A DNA stretch of 64,000 nt from Polyangiaceae bacterium (lineage in GTDB: Bacteria; Myxococcota_A; Polyangia; Polyangiales; Polyangiaceae). The DNA lies in assembly GCA_035549735.1 (NCBI GenBank), contig DASZQI010000100.1, positions 77,165-141,164 on the forward strand, read 5' to 3'. Each line of letters opens with the position of its first letter. Positions within the stretch are counted from its first letter, which is position 1. The position numbers were made by a program, and so were the translations under genes. Under the pieces are notes generated by a model, which was not told the origin of the DNA, did no database searches, and saw nothing but the letters and a program-made list of their open reading frames with translations. Below are positions 59,186 to 64,000 of the stretch, one piece after another.

Positions 59186-60889
59186 ATGGCACAGAACCGA
59201 CTCGGTGAGCTTCTCGTTCGAGAGAAGCTCATCAGCCTGCAACAGCTGCGCAAGGCGCAAGAAGAACAGAAGCGAACGGGGTCCAACCTCGGCTACACGC
59301 TGGCGAAGCTCGGGTACATCCAGGACGGGGAGATCACCAATTTCCTCTCGGCCCAGTACCGCCTGCCCGCGATCAACCTGGACGAGTACGAGATCGATCA
59401 GGAGGTCATCAAGCTAGTCGGCCGCGAGGTGTGCGAGAAGCACCGCATCATCCCGGTCTCACGCTCGGGTTCGTCGCTGATCGTCGCCATGAGCGACCCG
59501 ACCAACCTGAACGCCATCGACGACATCAAGTTCTTGACGGGCTACAACGTCGAGCCGGTCGTCGCCAGCGAGACCTCCATTCAGGCTGCGGTCGATCGCT
59601 ATTACAACGCGGGGCCGTCTTACGAAGAGGTGATGGCCGACTTCGCTCTGGGCGAAGAGGACATCGATTTCGGCGGCGACGAAGAGGAAATCAGCGCGGT
59701 CGAGCTGGAGCGAGCGAGCGCGGACGCGCCGGTCGTTCGCTTGGTGAACGTGCTGCTCTTGAACGCGATTCGCAAAGGCGCGAGCGACATTCACTGCGAG
59801 CCTTACGAAAAGCGGTTTCGCGTGCGTTACCGCATCGACGGCGTGCTGTACGAGGAGATGGCGCCGCCGCTGAAGCTCAAGAACGCGCTGGTCAGCCGTC
59901 TGAAAATCATGAGCGCGCTCGACATCGCCGAGCGCCGCTTGCCGCAGGATGGTCGCATCAAGCTGAAGCTCGGCAAGGGCCGCGAAATGGATTTTCGCGT
60001 GTCGGTGCTGCCCACGATGTGGGGCGAGAAAGTCGTGCTGCGTTTGCTCGACAAGGGCAACCTGCAGCTCGACATGACCAAGCTCGGCTTCGACAACGAG
60101 CCGCTCAAGGACTTCCAGTGGGCGATCAATCAGCCCTGGGGCATGGTGCTCGTGACCGGTCCCACCGGCTCCGGCAAGACCACCACGCTGTATTCGGCGC
60201 TGAGCGATCTGAACAAGCCGGGCGTGAACATCAGCACCGCGGAAGATCCGGTGGAATATAACCTGCCCGGCATCAACCAGGTGCAGATGCACGACGAAAT
60301 TGGCCTCAATTTCGCGATGTCGCTGCGCTCCTTCCTGCGCCAGGACCCGGACGTGATCATGGTCGGCGAGATTCGAGATTTCGAGACTGCCGAGATTGGC
60401 GTGAAGGCCGCGCTCACCGGCCACTTGGTGCTTTCCACGCTGCACACCAACGACGCGCCAGCCACCATCTCACGCCTCTTGAACATGGGTGTCGAGCCGT
60501 TCTTGATCACGGCCAGCGTCAACCTGGTTTTGGCTCAGCGCTTGGCGCGCCGCATTTGCGCGGACTGTCGGCGCGAGGTCGAGGTCGAACCGCAGGTGCT
60601 GCTCGACGTGGGCTGCAGCGAAGAGACCATCGCCACCGCCAAGATGTGGAAGGGCATGGGCTGCGCGACCTGCAACAACACCGGCTACAAGGGTCGCGTC
60701 GCCTTGTACGAGGTGATGCGTTTCCACGACGAGCTCAAGGAGATGGTGCTGCAAGGCGCCTCGGCCGCGGAGCTCAAGCAAGGCGCAATCAAGCGCGGCA
60801 TGATCACGCTGCGCATGGCCGGCACTCGCAAGATGCTCGAGGGCATGACCACTGCGGAAGAGATCATGCGCGTCACCATGGCCGACTGA
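59186..60889 (+). CDS. pilB: Type IV-A pilus assembly ATPase PilB
   Basis: RLGELL (MshEN-like), ASDIH, ERRLPQDGR, GPTGSGKTT, LRQDPD, tetra-Cys motif. Confidence 0.96.
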   Translation: MAQNRLGELLVREKLISLQQLRKAQEEQKRTGSNLGYTLAKLGYIQDGEITNFLSAQYRLPAINLDEYEIDQEVIKLVGREVCEKHRIIPVSRSGSSLIVAMSDPTNLNAIDDIKFLTGYNVEPVVASETSIQAAVDRYYNAGPSYEEVMADFALGEEDIDFGGDEEEISAVELERASADAPVVRLVNVLLLNAIRKGASDIHCEPYEKRFRVRYRIDGVLYEEMAPPLKLKNALVSRLKIMSALDIAERRLPQDGRIKLKLGKGREMDFRVSVLPTMWGEKVVLRLLDKGNLQLDMTKLGFDNEPLKDFQWAINQPWGMVLVTGPTGSGKTTTLYSALSDLNKPGVNISTAEDPVEYNLPGINQVQMHDEIGLNFAMSLRSFLRQDPDVIMVGEIRDFETAEIGVKAALTGHLVLSTLHTNDAPATISRLLNMGVEPFLITASVNLVLAQRLARRICADCRREVEVEPQVLLDVGCSEETIATAKMWKGMGCATCNNTGYKGRVALYEVMRFHDELKEMVLQGASAAELKQGAIKRGMITLRMAGTRKMLEGMTTAEEIMRVTMAD

Positions 60890-60901
60890 CCGAGAGGCGA
60901 C

Positions 60902-62029
60902 ATGAACGGAGCCGAAGAAGGCGTCAAAGTCAATCTGCACCAGCTCTTGCGCGCCATGATCGAGAAGGGCGCGAGCGACATGCACATCACGACCGGCGCG
61001 CCGCCGCTCTTGCGCATCGACGGCGCGATCGTGCCGCTCAAGCTGCCGGCTCTCTCGCCCATCGAAACCAAGCAGCTCTGCTACTCGGTGCTCACCGAAG
61101 AGCAAAAGATTCAGTTCGAGAAGAGCAAGGAGCTCGACCTCTCGTTCGGTGTGAAGACGCTATCGCGCTTCCGCGCCAACATCTTTCTGCAGCGCGGGGC
61201 GGTGTCGGGCGCGTTCCGCTCGATTCCGTTCAAGATTCTGACCTTCGACGAGCTGGGCTTACCGCCGGTGATAACCGAGCTCTCCCAAAAGCCCCGCGGC
61301 CTGATCTTGGTCACTGGCCCGACCGGCTCGGGAAAGAGCACCACACTCGCTTCGATCATCGACAAGATCAACTCCGAGACGCGTCAGCACATCATGACCG
61401 TCGAAGATCCGATCGAGTACTTGCACCCGCACAAGCGTTCGATCGTCAATCAACGCGAAGTTGGCAGCGACACTACGACCTTCAAGCACGCGCTGAAATA
61501 CGTGCTGCGCCAGGATCCGGACGTGGTCTTGGTCGGCGAGATGCGCGACTTGGAGACAATCGAGGCGGCGCTGACGATCGCGGAGACCGGGCATTTGGTG
61601 TTCGCGACGCTGCACACGAATTCGGCGATTCAGAGCATCAACCGCATCATCGACGTGTTTCCGCCGCACCAGCAGTCGCAGGTGCGCGCCCAGCTGAGCT
61701 TCGTGCTGGAAGGCGTTTTGAGCCAGTTGCTGCTACCGCGTGCCGGGGCGCCGGGGCGGGTGCTCGCGCTCGAGGTGATGGTGCCGAATGCGGCGATTCG
61801 CAACCTGATCCGCGAGGACAAGGTGCATCAAATTTATACGCAGATGCAGGTGGGGCAGCAGAAGCACGGGATGCAGACGTTGAATCAGTCGCTGTACTCG
61901 CTGTACGCGAGGCGGTTGATTACGTTGGAAGAGGCGATGGGGCGGTCGACGGATCCGGAGGAGCTCAGGAGCATGATCGAGGGGCGCGTGGGGGGCGGGC
62001 CTAATTCGATGACACCCGGGCGCGCGTAG
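60902..62029 (+). CDS. pilT: Type IV pilus retraction ATPase PilT
   Basis: GASDMH, GPTGSGKSTT, LRQDPD, AETGHLV, AIRNLIRE, GMQT. Confidence 0.97.
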   Translation: MNGAEEGVKVNLHQLLRAMIEKGASDMHITTGAPPLLRIDGAIVPLKLPALSPIETKQLCYSVLTEEQKIQFEKSKELDLSFGVKTLSRFRANIFLQRGAVSGAFRSIPFKILTFDELGLPPVITELSQKPRGLILVTGPTGSGKSTTLASIIDKINSETRQHIMTVEDPIEYLHPHKRSIVNQREVGSDTTTFKHALKYVLRQDPDVVLVGEMRDLETIEAALTIAETGHLVFATLHTNSAIQSINRIIDVFPPHQQSQVRAQLSFVLEGVLSQLLLPRAGAPGRVLALEVMVPNAAIRNLIREDKVHQIYTQMQVGQQKHGMQTLNQSLYSLYARRLITLEEAMGRSTDPEELRSMIEGRVGGGPNSMTPGRA

Positions 62030-62038
62030 GTCTCGGGA

Positions 62039-62178
62039 CGGATCGGTCGACGGGCGCAGGGAGCGCGCTTCTTCGGGTGGCCTCCCAGCCCCAGGCGCGC
62101 CGGGCATGCTGATGCCATCTGGCTTTTGGTGGGCGAGCGAAACGAGATCGTGTGGGGCTGGGCCCCTCCCCTCGTGCG
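62039..62178. repeat. Structured intergenic repeat, copy 1 (within a ~465-bp non-coding GC-rich region)
   Basis: CGGATCGG.CGACGG.CGC.GGGA.CGCGCTT..TCGGGTGGCCTCCCAGCCCC...GGGGCTGGGCCCCTCCCCTCG matches 63860-64000. Confidence 0.8.
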
Positions 62179-62496
62179 CGCGCTCCCTGCGCCCGTCTCC
62201 CTGTGCCGTCCAGAGACTGATTTAACTGGAGAGCGGCGGGGGGCGACGGGGGTGCGCGGCGGGGCGGTTGGGGGGGGCCCCCGGCCCCCTACGTGTCGCT
62301 GTGGGGGGCGTTCCAGTTTAGGACCGACGCGTTCGCGGGGGAGTGCGTTCTTACGCTTTGGGCACGCTCGCCGGCGGCGCGGCCGTGTGAAGTCCATGTG
62401 CGTAAGCGCGAGTGTGTTGGAGGCATCTTGCGCGTGCACGCCGGCGAACGCGAAGGGTGATGGAGTGAAACGACGGTCACTTGCGCGGGCTTGGGG

Positions 62497-63339
62497 CTAG
62501 AAGAATGTCTCCATGGAGTCGGGGAAGGTGCCTTGGAGGACGGGGCCGGAGGCGAAGATCGCGGCGAGCATTTCGCAACGGTGGGGTTCGGTTTGCCAGT
62601 TGCAGGTTTGTGCGGCGAGGGCGAGGGTTTCGATGGGGATGAGGGTTTCGGGGCGAGGCTTGAGGGCTCTCGAGGAGAAGACGTTGGGGAGGCCGAGCAG
62701 TTCTTCGGGCTGTTCGTCGCGGTGGCAGAGGCGGCAGACGGTGCCGATTTCGTCGTACATGGGGCGCTCGAAGGGGGCGCTTTGTGTGAGCGCGGCTTCG
62801 ATGGGGAGGTGAAGCTCTGCCTTGATCGAGCGATAGGTGTTCGGCAGGAGATAGCCAAACTCGAGAAGGTCGGTCGAGATGCCGTCGATGACGACCGACA
62901 GCCAGAGCTGACCCAGTCGGATGAAGATCCGCGGGCTCGTGGCCGAGCCTGCAGGTTGAGCGCTGGACTGGCTGGTCGTGGCGGTGATGGTGAGCGGACG
63001 AGCCAGGCTCTCGACGAAGCAAGCAACGCTGGTGGGCTTCGGCAGCGCGTTGAGTAGGTCGACCGTTTCCTGGATGGTTTGAGGTGATGGGTTCGAGCCT
63101 TCGGGCGCCTTGCAGCGGTATCGGCCGAGCGGATTTGGTACTTCGGCCTGAGTTCCGCCTTCGCTTGGCGACCCACCCGTCGAAGGCAGTGCTGAGGAAC
63201 CGCCCGTAGAAGGCAGTGCTGAGGAGCCGCCTGTGGCGGGCAGCGATGGCGAGCCGCCCGTGGCAGGGGGCGGGGGCGATCCGTCGGCGGGTCCGCAGGA
63301 AATCAAGGCGAAACTGGCTAGCGCGATCAGCGTTCTCAT
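62497..63339 (-). CDS. Lipoprotein with a single CxxCH motif (putative monoheme c-type cytochrome)
   Basis: MRTLIALASFALISC lipobox; 9-aa linker repeats (TGGSSALPS); VCRLCH; ATGA overlap with the nsrR stop. Confidence 0.65.
   Translation of the reverse strand: MRTLIALASFALISCGPADGSPPPPATGGSPSLPATGGSSALPSTGGSSALPSTGGSPSEGGTQAEVPNPLGRYRCKAPEGSNPSPQTIQETVDLLNALPKPTSVACFVESLARPLTITATTSQSSAQPAGSATSPRIFIRLGQLWLSVVIDGISTDLLEFGYLLPNTYRSIKAELHLPIEAALTQSAPFERPMYDEIGTVCRLCHRDEQPEELLGLPNVFSSRALKPRPETLIPIETLALAAQTCNWQTEPHRCEMLAAIFASGPVLQGTFPDSMETFF
63170..63270 (-). repeat. 27-bp coding repeat (TGGS(P/S)(S/A)LP(A/S)), about 3.5 copies
   Basis: gaaggcagtgctgagga repeated at a 27-bp period. Confidence 0.75.
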
Positions 63340-63791
63340 GGCGCATCTCTCTGTTCGAGCTGACGTTTCCAAAGTTTGATGAGCGCGGGAGCTCGCGGCG
63401 CGAACTCCGCCAAGGTGTACTTTTCGAGCTCCTTCAGGAACGCTTCGCGAGCTCGCAAGAGCACGCCTTTGAGTCCACACACTGGATCGATCGGGCAGGT
63501 GTTGGTCTGCGCGTCGAAGCATTCGACGAGGTTCATGTGGGGCTCGGTCAGGCGGACCACTGTCGCGATGTTGATGTCGCTCGGCGCGAGCGCGAGCGAT
63601 AGGCCTCCACCGCGGCCGCGCACGCTTTCGACCCAGCCGTGGTCGATCAATCGCTGCACGACCTTCACCAGATGGTTGTGCGAGATGCCGTAGGCCGCGC
63701 TGATTTCCGGGAGGGCGACGCGTCGCCCGCGGTGCGATGCCAGGTAGAGGAGGATTCGCAGGGAGTAGTCGGAGAACAGCGTGAGCTGCAT
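63336..63791 (-). CDS. nsrR: Rrf2-family regulator, NsrR-like (NO-sensing, Fe-S)
   Basis: MQLTLFSDYSLRILLYLA, ISHNHLVKVV, RGRGGG, LVECF....NTC.I...CGL (three Fe-S Cys). Confidence 0.85.
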   Translation of the reverse strand: MQLTLFSDYSLRILLYLASHRGRRVALPEISAAYGISHNHLVKVVQRLIDHGWVESVRGRGGGLSLALAPSDINIATVVRLTEPHMNLVECFDAQTNTCPIDPVCGLKGVLLRAREAFLKELEKYTLAEFAPRAPALIKLWKRQLEQRDAP

Positions 63792-63804
63792 GGGGACTAC
63801 GCTA

Positions 63805-63839
63805 ATCTATAACATGTATTCTAAATACAAGTTATAGAT
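63805..63839. promoter_or_regulatory. NsrR-type operator palindrome
   Basis: ATCTATAACATGTATT-CTA-AATACAAGTTATAGAT: 16-bp arms with 1 mismatch. The core resembles the NsrR 11-1-11 consensus AAGATG(C/T)ATTTnAAAT(G/A)CATCTT. It lies 13 bp upstream of the nsrR start. Confidence 0.85.
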
Positions 63840-63859
63840 AGTGTTGGGATACGGGAGGG

Positions 63860-64000
63860 CGGATCGGGCGACGGTCGCTGGGATCGCGCTTGGTCGGGTG
63901 GCCTCCCAGCCCCTCGGGGCGCCAGGCGTCTGGACAACATTTGGCCGTTGGGGGGCGGGTGAAGCGGGATCGAGGGGGGCTGGGCCCCTCCCCTCGGGCG
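63860..64000. repeat. Structured intergenic repeat, copy 2 (runs off the window end)
   Basis: Direct, diverged copy of 62039-62178. Confidence 0.8.

Overview
High-GC bacterial chromosomal segment that, by gene content, is almost certainly from a myxobacterium of the Polyangiaceae/Sorangium type (inference): a TIGR04551-like barrel, a MYXO-CTERM protein, AgmX/PglI-C-like domains, five Hanks-type Ser/Thr kinases, two ECF sigma/anti-sigma pairs and many Gly- or Cys-rich lipoproteins. About 50 CDSs are supported. Recognisable housekeeping genes are rpsT, an S1 paralog, mrp/apbC, acs, selO/ydiU, moeB, pilB-pilT and nsrR. I saw no rRNA, tRNA, CRISPR array, transposase or integrase. Four things most deserve follow-up. 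(1) A 10.5-26.8 kb cell-envelope cluster combines four CxxC thioredoxin-fold lipoproteins, three predicted outer-membrane beta-barrels (one DUF6029-like with a C-terminal CVGGVC motif), SelO and a 51-Cys lipoprotein; it is a candidate outer-membrane thiol/disulfide system. (2) An uncalled 55-aa basic ORF lies between a strong sigma70 promoter and rpsT. (3) nsrR is translationally coupled to a CxxCH lipoprotein, has a near-perfect NsrR box, and the pair is bracketed by two copies of a structured ~140-bp repeat where pilC would normally follow pilT. (4) Smaller oddities include a frameshifted DUF362 gene, a symmetric bidirectional leaderless promoter, a TraB-like barrel without its OmpA domain and degenerate SGNH lipoproteins. 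All family assignments come from motif recognition by eye; no searches were run.
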